Made by a program: the position numbers and the translations under genes
Notes under the pieces: generated by a model
The model's input: the letters and a program-made list of their open reading frames with translations, nothing else
Database searches by the model: none
Told to the model about the DNA's origin: nothing
Part shown: piece by piece, positions 11,274-21,991 of the stretch
How positions within the stretch are numbered: the first letter of the stretch is position 1
How the letters are laid out: every line of letters starts with the position of its first letter
Origin: Azolla caroliniana
Taxonomy: Eukaryota > Plantae > Polypodiophyta
Direction of reading: 5' to 3'
DNA: 64,000 nt
Assembly (NCBI GenBank): GCA_043228905.1
Contig: JBHGNT010000041.1
Coordinates: forward strand, 62,001 to 126,000

Positions 11274-14200
11274 CAGGAGTGCAGAATCCCAGGGACCAGA
11301 GAGGTACCCATCCGATTGCCCAATGACAACATGATCACCCTGCACCAAGTCAGGCATGTACCTGATCTAAAAAGGAGTTTGGTCTCCATCGGCATGTTAG
11401 CTGAAGATGCATACCAAACGACTCTAAGTGAGTCGATATGGATGATCAACCGGGGAAATCTCAGAATTGGGAGTGGACACAAGTACAATAACCTGTACCC
11501 ACTAATGGCGATCAATCCAGAAGGGGCCATGAACGTAGCTGAAAAGACAGACCCAAACCTATGACATGGCCGACTCGGCCATATGTCTCAAGCTGGACTT
11601 GATCGACTGATGTCGGTAGGCTACATCCCAAAACTCCAAGCAAAGTCGGACTTCTGTGATCACTGTCAATATGGGAAACAAACCCAAAGTCCGCACTCTC
11701 TCCACTACGAGATAATACGACAAACCCTAGAGCTCGTGCACATAGATATATGTGGGCCCATGCTAGAGTGATCACCAGGAGGCTCCCGGTACTTCATCAC
11801 ATTTGTAGATGACTGTACGCGGAAAGTTTGGGCATACTCCATCAGGTCCAAAGATGAAGCGCTCGAGGTCTTCACTCGGTGGATATCTGAAGTGGAGAAC
11901 CGGTCGGGACATAGAGTAAAGACACTCCGATCCGACAACGGAGGCGAATACACCTCTAGAGCCTTCAAGTAGTACCTGTCCAACAAAGGGATCCGACATC
12001 AAAAGACCGTTCCCTACACACCCATGCAAAATGGAGTGACAATCAACAAAACGATCCAGGAGAGGGTGACGTCAATGATTCAGCTAGCTAGACTGAAGCT
12101 GGAATTCTGGGCAGAAGCATTGCAGACGGCAGTATAGTTGATAAACCTGGCGCCGTCAAGAGCAATTAGGCTCGAAGTGCCACAGGCACTATGGTCATGC
12201 AAAAAACCGACCTACGATAGGCTCCGTGTATTCGGATGCGAAGCCTACGCGTTCATCCCCAGGGAGAAAAGGACCAAGTTGGCACCCCATGCAACGAAAT
12301 GCGTATTTCTCGGTTACGGAACCGATGGGGACTTTGGCTACCGGCTATGGGACCCTGAGAACTGGAAACTGATCCGGAGCAGTGACATAGTCTTTAATGA
12401 AGACTGTATCGTCTCTTAGTGGAACCAGTAGAAAATAGAAGGGAAAAAGGTATATTTCAAAGACGACAGAGATGTCATAGAAAGACCAATCCACCGGGCC
12501 GGCTCAGAGATTCGACAAACAGTCGAACTCGAACAAGCCGAAAACATACTTGCCGACTCCGAATAAGTAGGAAGTCCATTAGTCGAACTCGAAGACAAAG
12601 CCATCAATGACAAAGCCAACTCGACAAGAGTCAAAGCAGGCAAAGCCAACAATATGCGAGTAGGAAACACAATCGAGTTGACAAAGTCCGTAGGGGAGGA
12701 CAACGACAAGACACCTGACACAAATGGTTCAACAAATACCGATCGCCCAACCGAGTCGATCGAAGAATCCAAACCACTTATCTCGGCACCCAGGAGATCT
12801 GGACGAGCTCAAAGGCCAACAAAGTTTTATCAACCGGGCCTCGACTATGTCAACTACATCGATGTAGGCGAACCAAGCACTTATGAAGAAGCTATGGCCG
12901 CAACGGACGCCGACACATGGCTACAAGCTATGAAATCTGAAATGGACTCGATCCACAAGAATCAGACATGGGAGCTGGTTGAACTACCAACTGGAAGAAA
13001 GCTACTACCTTGCAAATGAGTATTCCGATATAAGTATGTATCTGACTCAGAAAATCCCAAGTACAAAGTTCAGCTTGTCACGAAAGGGTTCAAGCAAGAA
13101 CATGGGGTCGACTACGATGAGATATTCTCACCAGTAGTCAAGATGACCACCCTCCGTCTCCTACTAGGAGTTGTTGCGATAGAAGGTCTTGAGCTTGAAC
13201 AAATGGACGTAAAGACGACATTCCTACATGGAGATCTAGAAGAAGACATCTACATGTCTCAACTGGCAGGTTTCTTGGCGACGGGGGAGGAAAGACACCT
13301 TGTATGTCGATTAAAGAAAAGTCTATATGGCTTGAAACAAGTGCCGAGGATGTGGCACCAGAACTTTGACTCTTACATCAGGCAACTTGGATATCATAGA
13401 ATTGACTCCGACCCATGTATGTATGTTCGGCAACTGGTTGACGAGTCCAAGATCTATCTGATCCTATATGTCGACGACATGCTGATTGTAGGAAGCAATC
13501 AAGTAGAGATCGGAAAGCTGAAACAGAGCCTTCACGACAAGTTCACAATGAAGGAACTCGGACAAGCCCGACACATGCTGGGCATGAGGAGCGAGCGAAA
13601 TCGGACGACCAAGACTCTCTGACTCTCCCAGTCCGACTATATCCAGAAGGTGCTAAAGCGCTTCAACAAAGAGAATGTGAAGCCAACACCAACACCGCTT
13701 CTGATGTCGATCCGACTATCGAACAAAGACTCTCCTTCAACGGACAAGGAAAGAGAGAGAGAGCTTAATGGAAAGATGCCCTACGCATCGGCTGTAGGAA
13801 GTATCATGTACGCAATGGTGGCAACTTGACCCGACCTAGCCTATACCGTAGGGGTGGTCAGCCGGTACATGTCAAACCCAGGATGGAAGCATTGGGAGGC
13901 CGTCAAGCACATCTTTAGGTACCTGAGAGGGACCGAAGATACACAGTTGACTTTCGGACTGACAACCTTAGCCAAAGTCGAAGGCTACACCGATTCCGTC
14001 TATGACGGGAATGCGGACAATTGAAAATCGACATCGGGTTAAATCTTCACCTATGGTGGCGGTGTGATATCATGGAGGTCGAAACTTCAAGAGTGCATGG
14101 CTCTGTCGACCACAGAAGTCGAGTACATAGCAGCATCGGAGGCAGCAAAGGAAGCGATTTGGCTGCATCGAATGTCTGCCGACTTCACAACTATAAACCA

Positions 14201-14945
14201 AACCGACCGACCTAGACCGACCATCTATTGTGACTCACAGAGCACAATACACCTCATCAACAATCCCTTCTATCACACAAAAACGAAGCATATTGAGGTG
14301 TGGTATCATCGCATCCGGGAGCTCATAACCGAGAAGAAGCTCGATGTCCGGAAAATCGACACCGAGGTGAACATCGCCGATTGTCGGGCGAAGCCACTCC
14401 CAGATCTACGCTTCGGAGCACTAAGGACGAAGATGGGACTATGACAAGCGACCGAGCAAAAGAAAGCCAAACGAGGGACAGTAGGTAAGACCTAATCGGA
14501 ACAACTATATCTATGCTTACTATACCTCTGTTGACTCGGCCGCATGCCAACTGACTTGGAATGTAAATTTAGGATAATCTTGTAATCTAGATTTACGGGG
14601 GAGATAACCCCAAACATTTGTATACGCAAGAAAGAGTAGTCCTTTTACGGGGGAGTTTGTTGGCATAAAAGCCCGACTCCTTCCAATTTGTATTCGGCCT
14701 AGCGTGAACTCGTCCACATAGTTAGGGCTTAGTATATAAGCAATAACCTGATGTTGTAGAGAAGAGATAGATATATACACATTGTATCAAGACTCTGAGA
14801 GAGAGAGAGAACGTAATAAAGCTTTCCATTAAAGCTCATTTCTGTGTAAGTCTCCGCCTTCCTCCCCTTCTGTGTTGTTTTCTGACATATGCAAACAAGT
14901 TCTCATATGCTTCCGCATACGCACACACCTACCAAACTTTCTACA
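11274..14945 (+). mobile_element. pol: Ty1/copia family B, 3' portion (integrase-RT-RNase H-3' LTR), degenerate
   Basis: VRHVPDLKRSLVS, LVHIDICGP, RVFGCEAY, QMDVKTTFLHG, LYVDDML, TKHIEV. PPT ttacgggggag, then LTR 14658-14945 (tgttgg...ctaca). Confidence 0.9.
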
Positions 14946-15183
14946 AGATGTTCACAGAACAGTAGATCCATGAAAGTACTTAACAACCACATTGTCAAGT
15001 CGACACAAGCTCAATCCCATAGATTGAAAGACATTTCTTGCCACAACATAATGTATATGGAATTGTACATATTGAATGGGCTTTGTTGGCCACATAAAAT
15101 ATTTTTGGAATTGTACATGGTTGATGTGCACTACTTGCCATGTAAAAGGTACTATTGGTAGATGAAAGAATTCATGTTATCTA

Positions 15184-15256
15184 GTCGGCCTAGCTTAGAT
15201 GGTAGAGGGCAAGGCTCTTCACCTTGTGGTCGTGGGTTTGAGCCCTATGGCCTACG
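15184..15256 (+). pseudogene. tRNA-Lys(CUU) degenerate copy
   Basis: Homologous to 17935-18007 with substitutions in the anticodon loop and T-loop. Confidence 0.8.
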
Positions 15257-15588
15257 TCATACCATGTAAAATGTTTATTGAATTGTAGATTAATGAAAGT
15301 ATTTAACAAACATGTCAGGCTACCTTAAATGCTAGAACCACATGATTGGCGTTATTTGCCATGTAAAATGTTCATGGAACTCAAAAAAACTTAAGAAACA
15401 TGTCAACATAGACTCAATACCCACCCATGTCTGACGAGTGTTTCTTGCCACATAAAATGTATATGACATTGTACATGTTGGACAGGCTTTGTTGGCCACA
15501 TAAAATGTTTTTGGAACTCTACATGCTTGATGGCACTGCTTGCCACATAAAAGGTACTCTTGGTAGATGAAAGACTTCATGTTAGCTA

Positions 15589-15661
15589 GCCACCCTAGCT
15601 TAGATGGTAGAGCACAAGGTTCTTAACCCTTTGGTCATGGGTTCGAGCCCCATGGCCGACA
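15589..15661 (+). pseudogene. tRNA-Lys(CUU) degenerate copy
   Basis: Homologous; acceptor and anticodon stem mismatches. Confidence 0.8.
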
Positions 15662-16006
15662 TTTCATACCACGTAAAATGTTCATTGAATTGTAGATCAA
15701 TGAGAGTATTTGACAAACATGTTAGGCTAGCTTAAATGGTAGAACCTCATGGTTGGCGTTATTTGCCATGTAAAATGTTCATGGAACTCTAGACCCATTA
15801 AAGAACTTAAGAAACATGTCAGCATAGGCTCCATACCCACCCATCTTTGATGTGCGTTTCTTCCCACATAAAATGTATATGGAATTGTACATGTTGGACG
15901 GGCTTTGTTGGCCACATAAAATGTTTTTTGGAACTCTACATGCTTGATGTGCATTGCTTGTCACGTAAACGATACTCTTGGTAGATGAAACACTTCATGG
16001 TATCTA

Positions 16007-16080
16007 GCCGGCCTAGCTTAGATGGTAGCGGCCCAAGGCTCTTAACCTTGTGGTCATGGGTTTGAGCCCCATTGCCGATG
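16007..16080 (+). pseudogene. tRNA-Lys(CUU) degenerate copy
   Basis: Homologous; D-arm and B-box mutated. Confidence 0.8.
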
Positions 16081-16469
16081 TTTCACGTTACCACGTAAAA
16101 TGTTCATTGAATTGTAGATGAATGAAATTATTTAACAAACATGTCAGGCTAAGCTTAAATGGTGGAAACTTATGGTTGGCGTTATTTGCCATGTAAAATG
16201 TACATGGAACTCTAGATCCATAAAAGAACTTAAGAAACATGTCAACATAGGCTCAATACCCAACCAAACATAGTAGCATAGGCTCAATACCCGCCAAACA
16301 TATTAGCATAATCTAAATACCCACCCATGTTTAACGAGCGTTTCTTGCAACATAAAATGTATATGGAATTGTACATGTTGGATGGGCTTTATTGGCAACA
16401 TAAAATGTTTTTGCAAGTCTACATGCTTGATGGGCACTGCTTGGTAGATGAAAGAATTCATATCATCTC

Positions 16470-16540
16470 GCTAGCCAGCTCAAATGGTAGAGCGCAAAGG
16501 CTCTTAACCTTGTGATCATGGGTGAGTCCCATGGTTGGTG
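16470..16540 (+). pseudogene. tRNA-Lys(CUU) degenerate copy
   Basis: Homologous; small indels, T-loop deleted. Confidence 0.75.
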
Positions 16541-16887
16541 ATGTTCATGAAACCCTAGATACATGAAAATACATAATAACCGCATCATCACGCCCACATG
16601 GCCAACCTAGTTTAAATGGTAGAGGGTGGTTGGTGTTGCTTGCCATGTAAGATGTTCACAGAACTCTAGATCCGTGAAAGTACTTAACAACCACATTGTC
16701 AAGTCGACACAGGCCTGATCCCCTAGATTTAAGAGCATTTCTTGCCACATAATAATGTCTATGGAACTGTACATCTTGAACGGGCTCTGTTGGCCACATA
16801 AAATGTTTTTGGAACTCTACATGCTTGATGTGCAGAGCTTCCCATGTAAAAGGTACTCATGGTAGATGAAACGTTTCATGTTATCTA

Positions 16888-16960
16888 GCTGGCCTAGCTC
16901 AGATGGTAGAGCGCAAGGCTCTTAACCTTGTGGTCATGGGTTCAAGCCCCATGGCCGGCG
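16888..16960 (+). tRNA. tRNA-Lys(CUU), near-intact (T-loop TTCAA)
   Basis: 73 nt, paired acceptor stem GCTGGCC/GGCCGGC, anticodon loop CTCTTAA. Confidence 0.75.
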
Positions 16961-17404
16961 TTTCATATCACGTAAAACATTCATTGAATTGTAAACCCAT
17001 GAAAGCATTTAACAAACATGTTAGGCTAGCTTAAATGGTAAAACCTCATGGTTGGCGTTATTTTCCATGTAAAATGTTCATGGAACTATAGATCCATAAA
17101 GTAACATAACAAACATGTCAGGCTCAATATTTTCCATGTAAAATGTTCATGGAACTAGAGATTCATAAAGGAACATAACAAACATGTCACATGTCAGGCT
17201 CAATACCCATGTTTGAAGAGCGTTTCTTGCCACATATAATGTTCTATCGAACTCTACATGTGGGAAGGGCATTTTTAGCCACATAAAATGATTTTGGAAC
17301 TCTACATGCTTGATGTGCATTGTTGGCCCTGGTTGAAGGGAGAATATGAACAAACGAAGGAAAAAGAAAGATATATTGGTACATGAAACCTTTCTTGTTA
17401 TCTA

Positions 17405-17477
17405 GCTGGCCTAGCTCAGATGGTAGAATGCAAGGCTCTTAACCTTGTGGTCATGGGTTTGAGCCCCATGGCTGGTG
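17405..17477 (+). pseudogene. tRNA-Lys(CUU) degenerate copy
   Basis: Homologous; D-stem and T-loop transitions. Confidence 0.8.
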
Positions 17478-17934
17478 TTTCATACCACGAAAAATGCTCA
17501 TTGAATTGTAGATCAATGAAACTATTTAACAAACATGTCAGGCTAGCTTAAATGGTAGAACCTCATGGTTGGCGTTATTTTCCATGTAAACTGTTCATGG
17601 AACTCTAGATCCATAAAGGAACATAACATAAAAGAAAAATATATTGAAATGGTGGAGTTTTATCCAATAATTCGACTCGACTTGACAAGTATTAGGAGGA
17701 GATAGAAATACACATGTATTACTAGGAACGTGGAAGTTTATTTCTTATTGATGAAGATGGGTTTGTCTTTAAATATACCACGGATTTTAATCCAGATAGA
17801 CCTTTCTCTGACTATTCGTTGCAGAATTATCTGCGTCGACCAACCTTGTTAATTAAGCTTCAATTATTGTTCGGTGAAAACAACATTTACGGGACTCTAG
17901 GTAGATGAAATACACAAATAAACCATGTTGTCAA

Positions 17935-18007
17935 GCCGGCCTAGCTCAGATGGTAGAGCGCAAGGCTCTTAACCTTGTGGTCATGGGTTCGAGCCCCATG
18001 GTTGGCG
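17935..18007 (+). tRNA. tRNA-Lys(CUU), intact cloverleaf
   Basis: GCCGGCCTAGCTCAGATGGTAGAGCGCAAGGCTCTTAACCTTGTGGTCATGGGTTCGAGCCCCATGGTTGGCG matches the plant cytosolic tRNA-Lys(CUU) layout. CAA at -3 to -1. No immediate T-run terminator. Confidence 0.82.
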
Positions 18008-18321
18008 ATGTTCGTGAAACCCTAGATACATGAAAATACATAATAACCACGTCAATAACTTCACATGGCCATTTACCTAAATTAAATTGTAGAGGGTGGT
18101 TGGTGTTGCTCTCCATGTAAGATGTTCATAGAACACTGGATCCATGAAAGTACTTTACAACCACATTGTCAAGTCGACACAGTTCTTGCCACATAAAAAT
18201 GTATATGGAATTGTACATGTTGGATGGGCACATAAAATGGTTTTGGAACTCTACATGCTTGATGTGCACTTCTTGCCACATAAAAGGTACTCTTGGTAGA
18301 TGAAACGTTTCATGTTATCTA

Positions 18322-18394
18322 GCTGGCCTAGCTCAGATGGTAGAGCGCAAGGCTCTTAACCTTGTGGTCATGGGTTCGAGCCCCATGGCCGGCC
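18322..18394 (+). tRNA. tRNA-Lys(CUU), intact cloverleaf (C discriminator)
   Basis: All four stems pair; A- and B-boxes intact. Confidence 0.78.
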
Positions 18395-18933
18395 TTTCAT
18401 ACCATGTAAAACGTTCATTGAATTCTAGACCAATGAAAGTAATTAACAAACATGTCAGGGTAGCTTAAATGGTAAAACCTCATGGTTGGTGTTATTTTCC
18501 ATGTAAAATGTTCATGTAACTATAGACACATAAAGTAACATAACAAACATGTCAGGCTCAATATTTTCAATGTAAAATGTTCATGAAGGAACATAACAGA
18601 TATGTCAGGCTCAATACCCATGTCTGAATAGCGTTTCTTGCTACATATAATGTTCTATCGAACTCTACATGTGGGAAGTGCATTTTTTGCTACATAAAAT
18701 GATTTTGGAACTCTACATGCTTGATGCGCATTGTTGGCCCTGGTTGAAGGGAGAATATGAACAATCGAAAGAACACCACGGATTTTTAATCCAGATAGAC
18801 CTTTCTCTGACTATTCATTGTAGAATTACCCCCGTCGACCAACCTTGTTAATTACGCTTGGATTATTGTTCGGTGAAAACAATGTTTACGGGACTCTAGG
18901 TAGATGAAATACACAAATAAAGCATGTTGTTAA

Positions 18934-19006
18934 GCCGGCCTAGTTCAAATGGTAGAGCACAAGGCTCTTAACCTTGTGGTCATGGGTTTGAGCCCCACGG
19001 TTGGCG
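18934..19006 (+). pseudogene. tRNA-Lys(CUU) degenerate copy
   Basis: Homologous; D-arm and T-loop transitions. Confidence 0.8.
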
Positions 19007-19237
19007 ATGTTTGTGAAACCCTAGATACATGAAAATACATAATAACCACGTCAATAACTTGACATGGCCATTTACCTAGTTTAAATTATAGAGGGTGGTT
19101 GGTGTTGCTCTCCATGTAAGATGTTCATAGAACACTGGAGCCATGAAAGTACTTAACAACCACATTGTGAAGTCGACATAGGCTTGATCCCCCAGATTTA
19201 AAAGCATTTATTGACACATAAAAATGTATATGGAACT

Positions 19238-19753
19238 TGTTGAGAATGGCGCGGAATATTGCTCGGCCACAATCGAGTCTTGAACACTTCTATGAGAATG
19301 AAACACAGAAATGGGAAGTGGAGGGTACACAAAAGGTAATACACAGGATGTTTACGTGGAAAACCCTGAATGGGAAAAACCACGGGAGCTCACAGACTCC
19401 AACTATCACTATGAAGAAAAAGAGGGTACAAGCAGAGACTCGGAGGCAACGACCTCGAGCTCTGTATCTTTGCCAACCGGCGGTTACAACAGGGTATTTC
19501 TTTGTATCTCACACTCTCTCTTTGTCGCTCTCTCTCTCTCTCTGTACAACAATATGACAATAACAACAACAACCACTACATAGAGTGATTGCCCTAAGTC
19601 ATATTTATACTTATTTGAACTTAGGGCTATTTACAAATATAGCCTCAATAGGCTTACTCAAAACATATTTACAGATATGTCTTCTCTTCTGGTTCTCACA
19701 GAGTCCTCTTTATTCATCACCGAATCCCATCCGGAGAGACCGATTTCCCAACA
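19238..19753 (-). repeat. Copia family A LTR (probably a 3' LTR), reverse orientation
   Basis: Reverse complement of LTR 39351-39927; TG...CA ends; no matching TSD on its own flanks. Confidence 0.85.
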
Positions 19754-20329
19754 ATCTCGCAACTTGGATACCGCCAATCTGACTCTGACCCATGCATTTA
19801 TATTAGGCAACTGGTCGACGAGTCTAGGATTTATCTGATCCTATATGTCGATGGCTAGAGATCGGAAAGCTGAAGTGGTGCCTTCACGACAAGTTTGCGA
19901 TGAAGGAACTCGGACAAGCCCATTGCATACTGGGCATGAGGATCGAGCGAAATCAGATGACCAAGACTCTCCAACTCTCCCAGTCCAACTATATCCGGAA
20001 GGTCCTGAAACGCTTCAACATGCACAATGCGTAGCCAACACCAACACCGCTTCCGACGTTGATCCGACTATTGGACAGAGACTCTCCTTCAATGGACAAG
20101 GAGAGAGAGCTTAATGGAAAGATGGCCTACGCATCAGTTGTACGCAATGGTGGTGACCCGACCCGACCTAGCCTATGCCGTAGGAGTGGTCAGCCGGTAC
20201 ATGTCAAATCCAGGACGGAAGCATTGGGAGGCCGTCAAGCACATCTTCAAGTACCTGAGAGGGACCAAAGATACACAACTGACTTTCGGTTTGACAACCT
20301 CAACCGAAGTCAAAAGCTACATGTCATGA

Positions 20330-20397
20330 TATGGCAAGACTCGAACCCATGACCTTATACTACATGGGTCGAGCTCTTGACCATTAGACTATACATT
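20330..20397 (-). promoter_or_regulatory. tRNA-like Pol III A/B-box cassette at the U3 end of family E LTR, antisense (also near 25553-25620)
   Basis: Minus strand reads gtatagtctaatggtcaagagctcgacccatgtagtataaggtcatgggttcgagtcttgcc: A-box tagtctaatgg, B-box ggttcgagtc. Confidence 0.65.
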
Positions 20398-20739
20398 GTA
20401 ATATGTAGAATAATATTTTCATTTATGTTTTATTATAGAAAATTGATGTATATTCTAGATTTCTCTGGAACATTCTAGAAACTTCAGGAGTATTCCTTAG
20501 AACACTATAAAAGGAGGCACAAGGCATTATTTTGAGCCAAATCGGTTCAACGCCAGTCTTAAGCCTCCTAGCTACTGTACATTTTCTTCACATAATATAT
20601 ATCTTTTCTTATCATCACTCACTCTCTCCCTCCCTCCCTCTCACTCACTCTTTCCTTCTCTCGAGAGTTCTTCACCTCTCTTAGTACTAATACTTCTTTT
20701 AGTACTAATTCCTTCTCTGTCTTAGTACTGTTCCTGACA

Positions 20740-20754
20740 GTTTGAACCGATTTT
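20740..20754 (+). promoter_or_regulatory. Self-priming PBS (Tf1-type)
   Basis: ttgaaccgattt (20742-20753) is the exact reverse complement of aaatcggttcaa (20539-20550), about 33 nt after TATAAAA at 20506. Confidence 0.8.
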
Positions 20755-20813
20755 CCCTACCTTTTGTCTCTCTCATTTCCTACTAATCTCTTATTCCTCT
20801 TTTCTTTCATCCC

Positions 20814-21965
20814 ATGGCCACTGTTAGCGCTGAAGAATATCAATCTGTTTTCTCGGAATTTCAATGCTTGAAAGAGAAGTTCCATGCTTTGGAACAAGAA
20901 AACCATCGGTTGCTGGGGGATCTTCAGCAAATCTCCTTAGAAAAGCAGCAAACGCAACAACAACATGGGGAACTTGCGTTACGCGTGCAACAACTCGAAG
21001 CAACCATCATAGCGATGCAACAACAAGGGCCCGGAACACAAGGGATTCATAAAGAACCCAAGATTGGCCTTCCCACGAAGTTCGATGGAACGCGATCGCA
21101 GTTTAGAGGGTTTCTTAACCAGGTACAATTAGTTTTTCAAATGCATCCTTCCCAGTATCCCACCGATGCATCACGAGTGGGTTTAGTAGGCACTTTGTTA
21201 AGTGGCTCAGCATTGGCATGGTTCGCTGCACTATTAGAAAAGGAATCTCCGTTACTCAACAATTTTGAAGAGTTTCTAGGTGAGTTTAAAGCATGTTTCG
21301 GAGATATTGACAGCATCAGGACCGCAATCAACAACATTCGGCGATTATGCCAAGGTGACCGTCTAGCCTCCACATACGCTGCAGATTTTCGCCTACTCGC
21401 CGCCGATATCCCTTGGGATGATCAAGCGTTGATGGAGCAATTCCGTTCTGGTTTATGCAACGACGTCAAGGATTTACTCTTGACCTTCCCCGAAGAGCCA
21501 AAGTCCTTAACAGAAGCAATAAGTCGCGCGGTGAGATGTGACAATCGCCTCTTTGAGCGACGTTCGGAACGACAGCTACAGATGTCGAGGGCAAGATCAG
21601 AGCCCATCTACGCCTCAGTGGTAGCAAGACCTTTTCCGAGGGAGTCATATAATGCGCCTCCAGCGAATACTCCGACTCCGATGGAGATTGACACTACACG
21701 TCATCGAGGGCCATTATCCGAAGAAGAAAAGCAGCGACGCCGTACAAATCGACTATGTCTTTACTGCGGTGGACTAGGACATATTGCAATAAATTTCCCC
21801 CGTAGGCCAAGAAGACAGGTAAACCAAATAGTCGCTAGTTCTAATTGTACTAAACCCGAGCCTATTTCAGTAGGGATATCTAATAGTCCTAATAGTACTA
21901 ATAGCCCAGATCTAGCGAACAGATTTGATGTCCTTAGTCAGTTAGAAGAAGAGTTAAACGACTAA
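20814..21965 (+). CDS. gag: Chromovirus Gag (Tcn1/Ty3-like capsid, degenerate CCHC knuckle)
   Basis: 383-aa ORF: PTKFDGTRSQFRGFL, AWFAALLE, PTPMEID, LCLYCGGLGHIAIN. Confidence 0.9.
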   Translation: MATVSAEEYQSVFSEFQCLKEKFHALEQENHRLLGDLQQISLEKQQTQQQHGELALRVQQLEATIIAMQQQGPGTQGIHKEPKIGLPTKFDGTRSQFRGFLNQVQLVFQMHPSQYPTDASRVGLVGTLLSGSALAWFAALLEKESPLLNNFEEFLGEFKACFGDIDSIRTAINNIRRLCQGDRLASTYAADFRLLAADIPWDDQALMEQFRSGLCNDVKDLLLTFPEEPKSLTEAISRAVRCDNRLFERRSERQLQMSRARSEPIYASVVARPFPRESYNAPPANTPTPMEIDTTRHRGPLSEEEKQRRRTNRLCLYCGGLGHIAINFPRRPRRQVNQIVASSNCTKPEPISVGISNSPNSTNSPDLANRFDVLSQLEEELND

Positions 21966-21991
21966 GTCCAACCAAAATAGGAGCCGTTTGG

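Larger units (their letters stand above)
14946..19237 (+). repeat. tRNA-Lys(CUU)-containing complex tandem satellite, block 1 (about 400-600 bp period)
   Basis: Nine tRNA-Lys copies, most preceded by ggtagatgaaa, interspersed with short subrepeats of the form ccacataaaatgt...ggaactctacatg. Confidence 0.9.

Noticed and set aside
14946-19237. CRISPR-like appearance of regularly recurring repeats
   Set aside because: The repeats are tRNA copies, the spacers are themselves repetitive, no cas genes are present and the context is eukaryotic TEs
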